DNA of 64,000 nucleotides from positions 160,001 to 224,000 of IMG/VR virus record IMGVR_UViG_3300014590_000001; one strand, given 5' to 3'. How positions within the stretch are numbered: the first letter of the stretch is position 1; the number at the start of each line of letters is the position of its first letter. The translations under genes were made by a program, and so were the position numbers. Shown here piece after piece: positions 38,452 through 47,666 of the stretch. The notes under the pieces are model-generated. The model was not told the origin of the DNA. It saw nothing but the letters and a program-made list of their open reading frames with translations, and ran no database searches. Origin of the DNA: a virus (taxonomy: Duplodnaviria > Caudoviricetes).

Positions 38452-39528
38452 TCAGATTTGTAATTGCTTAACGATTCGCTTCTCTACCTTCAGTTTCTTC
38501 GGCATCAAACCTTCTTGCTTTTTACGGGCAGCGGAAGGATTCGATTTGACTACCTCAACAAACGACAGAGAAGGATCAGCCATAATTCGTTTTTCCATTT
38601 CTTCGAGGAACTCCGTAATGCGCGAAGTAATGAAACAGTGATCCACAAATGGGCATGGATCATAAGTGTGAAACTTTTCCCAATAAAACTCAGGAGAGCT
38701 ACACGGTTTCTTCTCGATAGCGTAGGAAGGATCTTTCTTGCGAACGGATTTAATCACGGCATCCCATGCGTTGATTTGTTTCATCATAAACTTGTAAGCA
38801 GTTTTAGATTCTTCTTCATCAAACACAAATGATTTCTCAACAAACTTTTTCGGGTTGTCGCGAGGAACGTACACCAGCGTGTAATCCACGATGTTGTAGC
38901 CGTAGCGCTTTTTGAGAATGTAGGCGTAAGTTGCGATCTGATAACGATGATACTTAACGAAGAAAGTTCCATCTGCCGCTTTCGTGACAGTGGTACTTTT
39001 CAGATCGATAAGGCTATAGGTTCCATCAAGGTTGTCGATCAGTCCATCCACAAATCCTTTCAGACTTTTGTAGAGAACTTTTAACTCACTATACGCCATT
39101 GCTTTTTTGCATGACGGACAAATGTTGTCGCACGAATGCTTGCGCGTATATTTTCCTTTCTTGATACGCACACCATTTTCATAAACGCTTTTTGTTTTGG
39201 CGTGTTCTTTGCAATCGGTGTTCATACATTTCCAGTGTCCTACCATCTGACCTGTATGACCCAAAGCGTTCTGAATGCTTTCGTGCATTCCGGTTCCCGC
39301 TTTCGCAAAGATGTTCAGCATAGTTCCATTTTCACCAGTAAGGAACTTGTTATGCTTTTCGTAAATTCGTGCAGCGTATTCCCTAATGCTACAAATGGGA
39401 AACATTGACGGACTAACGCGCTTTTTAGGCCAGCGTTTTTCCGGAACAGTTTGATCTAATGCTACGTTGATCAAATTGCCTATGCGAGACAGAATTCGTT
39501 TATCGTATAAGTCGCGGATTTGTCGCAC
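38452..39528 (-). CDS. PD-(D/E)XK exonuclease, Cas4/AddB-like
   Basis: SPS..PIC, GTGMHE, GFVDG, LIDLKS, QIATY, C-terminal C...CPFVDHC. Confidence 0.8.
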   Translation of the reverse strand: MRQIRDLYDKRILSRIGNLINVALDQTVPEKRWPKKRVSPSMFPICSIREYAARIYEKHNKFLTGENGTMLNIFAKAGTGMHESIQNALGHTGQMVGHWKCMNTDCKEHAKTKSVYENGVRIKKGKYTRKHSCDNICPSCKKAMAYSELKVLYKSLKGFVDGLIDNLDGTYSLIDLKSTTVTKAADGTFFVKYHRYQIATYAYILKKRYGYNIVDYTLVYVPRDNPKKFVEKSFVFDEEESKTAYKFMMKQINAWDAVIKSVRKKDPSYAIEKKPCSSPEFYWEKFHTYDPCPFVDHCFITSRITEFLEEMEKRIMADPSLSFVEVVKSNPSAARKKQEGLMPKKLKVEKRIVKQLQI

Positions 39529-39835
39529 TGTTCACCTCAATTGAAATGTTCCCTTCGAAATAATACACGTCAAAGAAATAAGCGTTTTGCTTAATCACAG
39601 AATGACGCACAGGATCGTTTGTCTCAGACACACGTTGAAGCGTGAAGAATTTCTTATCAAATTCCTCAATAAACTTTTCACGATCTTCTGGAATCGGAAT
39701 ATTTAGGCCGATCAGCTTTCCCTCGACAAAGACTCCTATATCGCGAATCTCCAGCTCTAAAACTTTACAGAATCGCATCCAAAAAGCGGGATATATGCGG
39801 TATACAATATTCGATGCAGCTACAGGTTCGCTCAT
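39500..39835 (-). CDS. hypothetical protein
   Basis: Probable start MSEPVAAS. Confidence 0.6.
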   Translation of the reverse strand: MSEPVAASNIVYRIYPAFWMRFCKVLELEIRDIGVFVEGKLIGLNIPIPEDREKFIEEFDKKFFTLQRVSETNDPVRHSVIKQNAYFFDVYYFEGNISIEVNSATNPRLIR

Positions 39836-39842
39836 AGTTAAT

Positions 39843-39852
39843 ATCTGTAAAT
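39843..39852 (+). promoter_or_regulatory. putative phage promoter core ATCTGTAAAT upstream of the primase
   Basis: Motif family member. Confidence 0.5.
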
Positions 39853-39898
39853 TGTAGTTAATCAATACTGAAAATTAGTATTTCAAACAGGTGTATTT

Positions 39899-40987
39899 AT
39901 GAGTAACGACGTTCACCAGATCGTGATGGAAGAAATTTCCAAAATCCCAGGCGATAAAAAGTTTGCAGCAGAATCTATCATTGTGTGTTGTCCTTTCCAC
40001 GACGACCGATCACCGAGTTGCGGAATCTATACTTCCGTTGGTATGGAAATTCCGTTGGGAACTTATCACTGTTTCGGTTGCGGTGTTAAAGGTGGATGGA
40101 ATGACATTGCAAAGAAATTAAATCTCCAAGAGATTCAAGATTGGAGAATGAAAGATGCTGGTGAAAACTCTCTGTCTGCATTGCGTCAAACTTACGATAA
40201 GATTTCAAACAAAGTCGGAACGTATAACACGGTTGCACTTTTGATGAAAGCGTTACGCCGTGATAGTTATATGGAATGGCCTGAAGATGTTGAATGGCGA
40301 ACTTACCCAGGAACTTTAGTTCGTGCGGCAGGTGGTTTGTTGAATGCGCAGCGTACCGGAACAAATATTTGTTTCTTCCCGTGCAAAGTGGGAACGAAAT
40401 ATATTGGCGGCGTGGCGGCATACCTAACAAAGCAAATGAACGGAACAAGTTACGTTAACTCACAAGGCGATTGGGCGAAGTCGAAAGGTTTATTCCCGAT
40501 TCAACTTGTACGTGACGTGCTGAAGAAATACGGATTGCGTTATGTTGTTTTGGTTGAAGGGCCACGCGATGCACTTGCGTTATTAAGTTACGGAATTCCG
40601 GCGCTTGCGGTATTAGGTGCGGAACAGTTTGGCAATGAGAAACGTCGCATAGTTGAAATGATGGGAGTCAGCACAGTTTACACCATGACCGATAATGACG
40701 GCGGCGGTAAATTGTTGCGGAATAAAATCGCGGCGGAGTTTGGCAAGTCATCTTTGATTCGCGTTAAGCATTTTAAATTGCCGCGTGAGTATGACGAGAA
40801 AGGAAAGTTGATCAAACTCGATCCAGACAATGCGCCGTTGAGTATCATCAAGGAAGTGAAGGAATGTTTGAAAGGAGTTCACGGAGATAAGTGTCTTATT
40901 CCGGCGAAGAAGTTAGGATGGAAACGAGAAGTAAAGAAAATCGAAGTAGATGTAAAGCGTAAGAAAAAACTCACCAACAAAAAATAA
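39899..40987 (+). CDS. DNA primase (CHC2 zinc finger + TOPRIM)
   Basis: CPFHDDRSPS...CFGCG; LVEGPRDAL; TDNDGGG. Confidence 0.92.
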   Translation: MSNDVHQIVMEEISKIPGDKKFAAESIIVCCPFHDDRSPSCGIYTSVGMEIPLGTYHCFGCGVKGGWNDIAKKLNLQEIQDWRMKDAGENSLSALRQTYDKISNKVGTYNTVALLMKALRRDSYMEWPEDVEWRTYPGTLVRAAGGLLNAQRTGTNICFFPCKVGTKYIGGVAAYLTKQMNGTSYVNSQGDWAKSKGLFPIQLVRDVLKKYGLRYVVLVEGPRDALALLSYGIPALAVLGAEQFGNEKRRIVEMMGVSTVYTMTDNDGGGKLLRNKIAAEFGKSSLIRVKHFKLPREYDEKGKLIKLDPDNAPLSIIKEVKECLKGVHGDKCLIPAKKLGWKREVKKIEVDVKRKKKLTNKK

Positions 40988-41007
40988 AGGGGCGAAAGCC
41001 CCTTTTT
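40986..41007. terminator. bidirectional intrinsic terminator
   Basis: AAAGGGGC-GAAA-GCCCCTTTTT between convergent genes. Confidence 0.85.
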
Positions 41008-41028
41008 CATTTCCAAAAACGAACGATG

Positions 41029-41688
41029 TTATTCGTCGTCTTCTTCCTCTTCCTCTTCGTCATTCATTTTTTCCTGAAGCGCTTCAAGAATCATTTCAGT
41101 CAGAGCAGGACGTTTAACTTCTTTACGCAGACGTTCCAGATCTTCCAGAGACAGAACGTGCTGGCGAGTCAGAAACTCACGTTGCAGCGAATCGTCGTCT
41201 TCGTCATTGTCGTTAGCGCGGTCGATCATCGCGGTGATGAAATCGTCATGAGCGGAAACTTTTTTCTTCTTTTTCTTTTTGGAATTAGAAGAGTCGCCAG
41301 TGTCCATATCAATTTCTTCTTCAGAGTTACGTTCTTCTGTAACCACTGAACCAACGATGTTGTTGATACGCTGATATTCTGCGCGGGCGCGAGGCGTAGA
41401 AAGATATTCTTCCGCTTCATCTTTGCGCACGATTACCAGTTGGCCTTTGGCCAGGATCTGACGAAGGACAGAACTTTTCAAAAGATTTTCGAGCGGTGCC
41501 ATCGTGGTAAGGTCAATCGGAATAAAAGTCGCCAAGACCACTACCGGAATAGTGACGTTAAGTTCATTGATACAGTTGAAAGCGATGTTCCCGTTAGGGT
41601 TCGAACGGTTCAACACGTAAAAAGGAGCTACAGGATCGTTACCGTATTCCTTATTGAACTGCGTCAGATTGATGGGACGAATTTTCAT
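41029..41688 (-). CDS. hypothetical protein sharing its N-terminal domain with the Ig-domain protein
   Basis: PIDLTTMAPLENLLKS vs AVDLTDYAPLANLLAS. Confidence 0.75.
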   Translation of the reverse strand: MKIRPINLTQFNKEYGNDPVAPFYVLNRSNPNGNIAFNCINELNVTIPVVVLATFIPIDLTTMAPLENLLKSSVLRQILAKGQLVIVRKDEAEEYLSTPRARAEYQRINNIVGSVVTEERNSEEEIDMDTGDSSNSKKKKKKKVSAHDDFITAMIDRANDNDEDDDSLQREFLTRQHVLSLEDLERLRKEVKRPALTEMILEALQEKMNDEEEEEEDDE

Positions 41689-41792
41689 TTGGTTACTCCA
41701 ACATTAAATTTTTCAGTAGGCACATCCGTGTGCAGAGGGTTTTATTTGGTCATGCTTACATTAGCAAGATCAATTCATGATCGCTGAAAAAT

Positions 41793-43550
41793 TTATTCAG
41801 CAGGTTTCGCTGCAACAGTAATCTCAAACGAATTTGAAATGAATCCACGCTTGCTAACTTCCAGCGTAATCTTCTCAGCTTCCACGGCAGGAGCGTCGAG
41901 AGTTACAGTGAACAGGCCAGCGCCGTCGATTGTCACATTGGCAGCGCGAGCACAAACGATAGTCGCATTCGGTTCAGTAGAACCTGTCAGCGTAGTATCG
42001 TCAGCAACGATTGGATCATTCATCAGAATCAGAGTTTGCAGCGCTTCAGGCGTTACCACTAACGTTTTGTCTGCGTAATGTTCTTTGCGGAACGTGAGAG
42101 TTTCAGCAGAGTTCATCGCAGGGCCAGTCAGTGAGTAGGTTCCATCGAGCATCACAGTACCGACGTTTGCGCCGTCGATATAAATTTCTGCGCCGACTTC
42201 ACCAGTACCATTGATATCAGTTTCACCAACATAAACTTTTTGTGCAGTTGGATTAACTTGTACCAGCAGATCTTTAACTTCGAAGTCCAAAGTTTTGGAA
42301 TCGAAGAATGCGCTCGTGATCGTAACAGAAGCATCACCAGCATTCAGAGCAGGAACATTGAAACTAAACGCGCCGTTCACAACGTTAGCATTGTGAGTGC
42401 CGTCCAGAGTTACCAACTCAGCTTTCACATCGTTAGCATTCGGACTAACAACCACAGTACCGGAAACAACAGTTTCACCTTCGTAAACTTCAGCGACAGT
42501 CACCGCACCGAAAGTATTTTTATTCGGAGTGCGAGTTACAGAAGTTTCGGTGAAGCCTGTAGATTTCACAGTGACTTTCACATCACCTTCAATAGCGCCG
42601 CATACCACTTCAAACTCAGTAACGCCATTCGGAATTGCGTCAGTAATCAGAGGCTGTCCAGCGATTTCAATTTCAACATAAACACCAACTGGCTGCGCTT
42701 CGGTCAGCGTAAGAATCACATGCTCGTCCAGATAGTCCGGAGTTTGCATACCGATGTTTGCAACACGATCCGCCTGATCAACAGTTACGGTCACGTCGAG
42801 ATAATCTTCGTGAACAAACTTGATTGTCAGAACGCCAGCAGGTTGAGTAACAGTAAGTTCAAACTTACCATCAACACTCACAACGTCTGCATCCATAACG
42901 TTGCCGTCATTGAACAGAGTTACAGCAGCGCCAGCAATTGTGGTGCCGGAAACTTTGTCACCGTAGATCGTGTACGCATCAATTGTCGGCTGCGGGAACG
43001 GTTGCAGTGCCGGAGCTTCAACAGTGAACGAAACTTTTTTAGTTTCGAATTTATCTTTGATGAAACTTACTTCAACCAAAGCACCGGAAGTTAAACCAGT
43101 TGCCGGAATGCTAAAAGTATTTCCAGCTTCGGCAAACACTGCCAGAATATTCCCACCAACAACCGCCTGAACTTGCGTACCTACCGGAGCCAAACCAGCA
43201 ATGTGAGTATCGCCAGCAGTTACCGGAAGAGTTACGTTCGTGTAAGCAGGGAATTTCTGATCGTTCGGTTCAGGCATATCCTGCGGGTTAATCAGTTTCA
43301 GTTGGCGGCTTGCGAAAACTTGTTTCAGTTCAGCAGATGCCAACAGATTTGCCAGCGGTGCGTAATCAGTCAGATCGACAGCAGCACCGGAAACCGGAAT
43401 GATCACGTCGCGCATACGGAAGTCAGAACCGAGTACGCGGAAAGAAATTTGCCCACGCGGGAAACTGTTATTGCGTACCCACATGGAAGGATCAGTCAGA
43501 ATATTCGTTTTCAGAATTTGTTCAAACTGATCGAGAGTAATATAACTCAT
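41793..43550 (-). CDS. virion protein with tandem Ig-like repeats
   Basis: Beta-rich repeats (GDTHIAG, GDKVSGTT, GETVVSG, GETDINGTG, DDTTLTGSTEPNATI). Confidence 0.75.
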   Translation of the reverse strand: MSYITLDQFEQILKTNILTDPSMWVRNNSFPRGQISFRVLGSDFRMRDVIIPVSGAAVDLTDYAPLANLLASAELKQVFASRQLKLINPQDMPEPNDQKFPAYTNVTLPVTAGDTHIAGLAPVGTQVQAVVGGNILAVFAEAGNTFSIPATGLTSGALVEVSFIKDKFETKKVSFTVEAPALQPFPQPTIDAYTIYGDKVSGTTIAGAAVTLFNDGNVMDADVVSVDGKFELTVTQPAGVLTIKFVHEDYLDVTVTVDQADRVANIGMQTPDYLDEHVILTLTEAQPVGVYVEIEIAGQPLITDAIPNGVTEFEVVCGAIEGDVKVTVKSTGFTETSVTRTPNKNTFGAVTVAEVYEGETVVSGTVVVSPNANDVKAELVTLDGTHNANVVNGAFSFNVPALNAGDASVTITSAFFDSKTLDFEVKDLLVQVNPTAQKVYVGETDINGTGEVGAEIYIDGANVGTVMLDGTYSLTGPAMNSAETLTFRKEHYADKTLVVTPEALQTLILMNDPIVADDTTLTGSTEPNATIVCARAANVTIDGAGLFTVTLDAPAVEAEKITLEVSKRGFISNSFEITVAAKPAE

Positions 43551-44197
43551 TTCGTTTTCTCCAAAAGAGAGTTTAAGGCGAAACAGAATATCTGATATTT
43601 TTTCGGAGTCAGTCCGAGCGCGTTGCCCAAACTAAATTCCGTCGAAGTAAGTGTTGAGGTTACTTCAGCAAAACGCGCTTCGTCACTCATATGTTGCAGC
43701 ATCCAAATCTGATATTCAGGAAATGTTTGCTGCAAGAACGAATGCACATAATCGACAGACGGAACAGTACCGACGTTGTAATCAAAGTCTCTTTCCTTGC
43801 AAGAAAGATCCAGAACATTGATAAACGTACTCAAACAAATTGCAAGACGCGCACGAGTCTGCGCACGACGCACAGTTGCCTCCAGTTGCTTTTGATCAAA
43901 CTCACCAAGTTCGGAAAACAATCCTTTCTTGTAATAAGCGATCTCTTTGCTACTGATAGGACGATCAGAACTTTCTTTTCTATCCTGCGCAAGACAACCT
44001 GTTTCGGTTGCAGTCGTGCAATACTGGCAACGAGTCATCGGGCACATACCGCGATAGCGGAACGGCGTTGAGGATTCTTCCAGTTCAGGACAAAGGTTGA
44101 TCGGACGTGTATCAACTTTAATCGGAATGCTTTTCTGTTTGCGTTTCTTTGCCACTTTCGGCAAATCATTTTTGCGTTTCTTTACTGCGGTCGCCAT
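43547..44197 (-). CDS. hypothetical Cys-cluster protein
   Basis: CPMTRCQYC...GC; basic N-terminus. Confidence 0.7.
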   Translation of the reverse strand: MATAVKKRKNDLPKVAKKRKQKSIPIKVDTRPINLCPELEESSTPFRYRGMCPMTRCQYCTTATETGCLAQDRKESSDRPISSKEIAYYKKGLFSELGEFDQKQLEATVRRAQTRARLAICLSTFINVLDLSCKERDFDYNVGTVPSVDYVHSFLQQTFPEYQIWMLQHMSDEARFAEVTSTLTSTEFSLGNALGLTPKKYQIFCFALNSLLEKTK

Positions 44198-44252
44198 CTT
44201 GAGAATCCTGTATACAGATTTATCTATTAGTATCTATTTACAGTTAAAAGTT

Positions 44253-44912
44253 TCAAAACTCAGGATGTGCAATCGCATATTTCAAAGAGGTCACGTTGCG
44301 TTTCGGCTGATCGTGGTACGTAGTTTTATGATCGAGAATATAAATCGTCGCACTCTGTTCATAAGCATTTGCCAGCCCGAAAATAAATTGAGAGGCTCGC
44401 GTCTGAAGTTCAGTAATGCCGTACCACGCAAAGGAAGTTTCAATCACACGCAATTCTTTTCCGTTGCGATCTTTCGGAATTTCATTTTCTGCAACATTGA
44501 TTGTGTGCGTTCCGGTAGATTCGATCATTCCGATCACAACATCTTCCGGAGAGAAATAGCCAGCAGGTTTTTCTTCGGCAACGTAGCCCAACGGATCAAC
44601 AGAAAAGATAAATGACGTGTAGTTTTTATCTTCCACCCTCTCAGTAACAATTCCGCGAAGGATAAGTTTGCATCCTATATCTGGATTTACAACAGGCCAA
44701 ACTTGTTTGCCGACAATCTGGTGAATATCTTTGATAAGTTTTTTAACGTCAGTCCACGTAGAACAAAACTGAAATTCTTCCAGTTGAGTTCCATGTGTAG
44801 TTTTCGAAACCTGCCCAGGCGCAATGTACTCAATCTTAGCATTGAACAAAGATTCAAGAAGAGACAGAGCCAGTTTGTTGCACTGCGGAGGATTGAAAGA
44901 AAGGTCGGTCAT
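44253..44912 (-). CDS. hypothetical protein
   Basis: 219 aa. Confidence 0.7.
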   Translation of the reverse strand: MTDLSFNPPQCNKLALSLLESLFNAKIEYIAPGQVSKTTHGTQLEEFQFCSTWTDVKKLIKDIHQIVGKQVWPVVNPDIGCKLILRGIVTERVEDKNYTSFIFSVDPLGYVAEEKPAGYFSPEDVVIGMIESTGTHTINVAENEIPKDRNGKELRVIETSFAWYGITELQTRASQFIFGLANAYEQSATIYILDHKTTYHDQPKRNVTSLKYAIAHPEF

Positions 44913-44923
44913 TTTTATCTCGC

Positions 44924-45472
44924 TTATAGTTTGGGGGAATTGAGGAAGCGATCGATTAACTTATGTATCTGCTTCTGAATTCCAGCAAAGGGTGTGAGTT
45001 CGTTGAGCTTATAAAACGTGTACACTCCAATCAACATGGCATCAAATTCGTGAATCGCTTTCTTACTCTTTTTGGAAGTAAGATTGTATTCAGCGTACAG
45101 CGCCTTTAAATTCTCATGTCGATTGAAAGCGTTTTTCCATTGCGATGCAGTGATCACAAAGAATGGAATTTTCTTCTTGTGGCAATAGAATGCCATTACA
45201 CCGAGCATGATACTGATTGCTTCGATGGTGTTACCGCCGAGGCCGCGTGATTGGAAGCGTTCAAAACACATCGCATCAAACGGGCCATATTGTTTGTCGA
45301 TTGAGGAAATTTCATCAATGAATTTTTTCGTCACGCTGCGAAGATCGCCAGTCAAATTTTGAATTGGACTGCCAAACATTCGTGTCCCAATGATATCAAG
45401 TTTATTGCCGTCAACATTGAGAACAGAGAGAGCGAAGTTCACTTTTCCTGGGTCGCCAGATAAAATGCGCAT
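44924..45472 (-). CDS. ruvC: RuvC-like Holliday junction resolvase
   Basis: ILSGDPGKVNFA, FERFQ, ITASQWK, HEFDA. Confidence 0.8.
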   Translation of the reverse strand: MRILSGDPGKVNFALSVLNVDGNKLDIIGTRMFGSPIQNLTGDLRSVTKKFIDEISSIDKQYGPFDAMCFERFQSRGLGGNTIEAISIMLGVMAFYCHKKKIPFFVITASQWKNAFNRHENLKALYAEYNLTSKKSKKAIHEFDAMLIGVYTFYKLNELTPFAGIQKQIHKLIDRFLNSPKL

Positions 45473-45590
45473 ACGAATCTCCTTTTATTTGTCCTTATAA
45501 ATAATCATTCGTACAAGCAAAGGTAGAATAAAATATTATCAGTAATTTTCAGCTAGGTGGTACATAGCGTGCTATTAGAGGAAAGCAATT

Positions 45591-46706
45591 ATGAGTTGGT
45601 TAACTGGAGGAAAGCAGCGCAACACATACAAGCGACATAAAACTTATGAACATGATCGCGTTCAGAAAAGATTGGACAGTGTAATTGAAATTGTCCAATC
45701 GAAAGTTGAACAGGCGTTGTCGGTAGACAGCACCAAAGTGATCATTTTCAAGAAAGCGAAATTCGGTTTGGTATGTAGCTGCAACCGCGTAGAAAATAGT
45801 TTCGATGATGTGCTTGAAGGTGGCATGAAAAGTGTCATGAGCGAAAGTGACGGCGAAGCGCGTGGAAACGGCATTGAAGTTAAGCCCGTTGGAAACACAA
45901 TGTTTGGCGGCAAAAATCGCGGAGCAATTGCACTGGATGATATGATTCCTGCGAATGCTCACGCGGTTTTAGATGCAGCCGATATGTTGAGTGATGGCGA
46001 AGATGAAGATCAACGTTGGGATGGCGGTAACGTAGTTAACTGCGGCATTTGCTATCGACAAGGTTTTCAGCCTGGGTTCCAATCTACGGGTTATATCTAC
46101 AACGTAATGACGCATCACCACGTTCAAAAACTTTCAGGTTACACTCTGGATCAATCTACCGCGCCAACAACGTTTCGTCTTGAGCGTAAAACTGGTTACG
46201 TGGAATTCGATACACTGATTCCAAAGTATTTCAAGAAAGCGCAGTTTAGTATTCGCGTGAACGATGTTGTTCTTTCTCCTTCGAAAAAACTTCTCGCTGT
46301 TATCAATGGAACTGAAACTGCGTTGAGTATGGATTTGCTGAAGAAGTATAAAGGCCAGCACATTCGCATTCGCGTGAAAGATATTGAAGCGTTCACACAC
46401 GCCACTTTGATTTTTGATTTGGGTGTGGATGATATCAATGGAAACATCAGCGAAGAAGCAAACATTTTAAACTACGATCAAGAATTGACAGTCGGTAATA
46501 TTACGGTAGTGCTTCCTGCGCGTAGTGGTATGATCGAACCTGAAGATATTCTCGTTCTGCCGTTTAAACGTTATGTTTTAAAAGTGACTGAAGCACCAAA
46601 GAAACGTACTGCGAAAAATCAGTCGTGGGAATGGGTTGTCACAACGCGTCCGGTACAGCGAAAGGAATTGCAGTACAACATTAATAAAGGATATGACTTG
46701 AGGTAA
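45591..46706 (+). CDS. hypothetical protein (possibly virion structural)
   Basis: 371 aa; CSC...CGICY; first gene after the strand switch, preceded by AGTAATTTTCAG. Confidence 0.7.
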   Translation: MSWLTGGKQRNTYKRHKTYEHDRVQKRLDSVIEIVQSKVEQALSVDSTKVIIFKKAKFGLVCSCNRVENSFDDVLEGGMKSVMSESDGEARGNGIEVKPVGNTMFGGKNRGAIALDDMIPANAHAVLDAADMLSDGEDEDQRWDGGNVVNCGICYRQGFQPGFQSTGYIYNVMTHHHVQKLSGYTLDQSTAPTTFRLERKTGYVEFDTLIPKYFKKAQFSIRVNDVVLSPSKKLLAVINGTETALSMDLLKKYKGQHIRIRVKDIEAFTHATLIFDLGVDDINGNISEEANILNYDQELTVGNITVVLPARSGMIEPEDILVLPFKRYVLKVTEAPKKRTAKNQSWEWVVTTRPVQRKELQYNINKGYDLR

Positions 46707-46708
46707 TC

Positions 46709-47248
46709 ATGCAGACACAAATCGTTTTAAATGCGCCCGATCCGGTTGACGATATTCCAAAGGATTGGTACGCGAAAAACAAACTGACTAACGAAAGTTT
46801 GGTTGAAGATGATTCGCGTGAAGGTACAATTTCGCTACGCAAAGATCATGTGCGTCAGGCCGATGCCGTTGATGTTCGTGAAACGAGTGTACGTGCGGTG
46901 AGTGACGCGGAAGAGTGTCGCTTGCGTGAACTGTATAGCGTTCCGGAAGGGCAAGAAGTTACTCCGATCCAACGTTTGTTTGCTGGCCTCGCGCAAGATC
47001 TGCAAAACATTGTGCGCGGATCTGTTCAGCGTAAATCAGGCATTATGCAAAGTGAATCGAAAGCAAAATCTAAGAGCGCATTAGCTCGCAGTAAAATGCT
47101 GAAGATGATCATGCCTGAATTGAGCCGTGAACAAGGCGAAGCATTGGCGAATGCCATTGGAAAGAACGATGGCGATGCTGTAGCGTCGATTATGACGCAG
47201 ATCGGGCGTAAACTTCAAAAACAACTAAACGAGAAAAAACGAAAGTGA
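46709..47248 (+). CDS. hypothetical protein
   Basis: 179 aa, GAGG RBS. Confidence 0.75.
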   Translation: MQTQIVLNAPDPVDDIPKDWYAKNKLTNESLVEDDSREGTISLRKDHVRQADAVDVRETSVRAVSDAEECRLRELYSVPEGQEVTPIQRLFAGLAQDLQNIVRGSVQRKSGIMQSESKAKSKSALARSKMLKMIMPELSREQGEALANAIGKNDGDAVASIMTQIGRKLQKQLNEKKRK

Positions 47249-47666
47249 GTAGAATAGGGTCACGGGGGCGTTTTAAGGCACTTCTACACAACTTCGTGAT
47301 CCGCTCTTTTTAAGAGTCAGACATTCTTCTCATAAATCAATGACTTACAGAATCAAGCAAAAATTACGCACGAGTTTCGTTTGACGAGCTTTCGCCTTCT
47401 TTTGAGTAGATTGCTGTTTCTACGCTGTCTAGGGTAGGGTGTACTGAGTAGAGGTATAGTGTGTAGTTATACCTACAGCGGAGCGCAATGCCGGGAGCCA
47501 CCAGGCCCATGCCAGCCCGGCCCAGCCGTACAGCGCAGAGGATATAGGTTCTATATTCTGTTATCCTCTAAATGTTTTTAAAATAAAAGATACAAAAAGA
47601 AAAGGCGCGGATCGGGATCGAGGTTCGGGAAAATTCTGTAAAGATCCATTGGTTTCTCGTTAAATC
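47249..47666. other. 418-bp structured intergenic region; candidate replication origin or ncRNA locus
   Basis: Largest gene-free gap; several inverted repeats, G-rich, C-rich and A-rich blocks, IHF-consensus match at 47335-47347. Confidence 0.5.

Noticed and set aside
44924-45472. RuvC ORF as the missing nuclease half of a split TnpB
   Set aside because: It looks like an ordinary stand-alone resolvase (no TnpB bridge helix or zinc finger), is on the opposite strand about 4 kb away, and fits the recombination gene set
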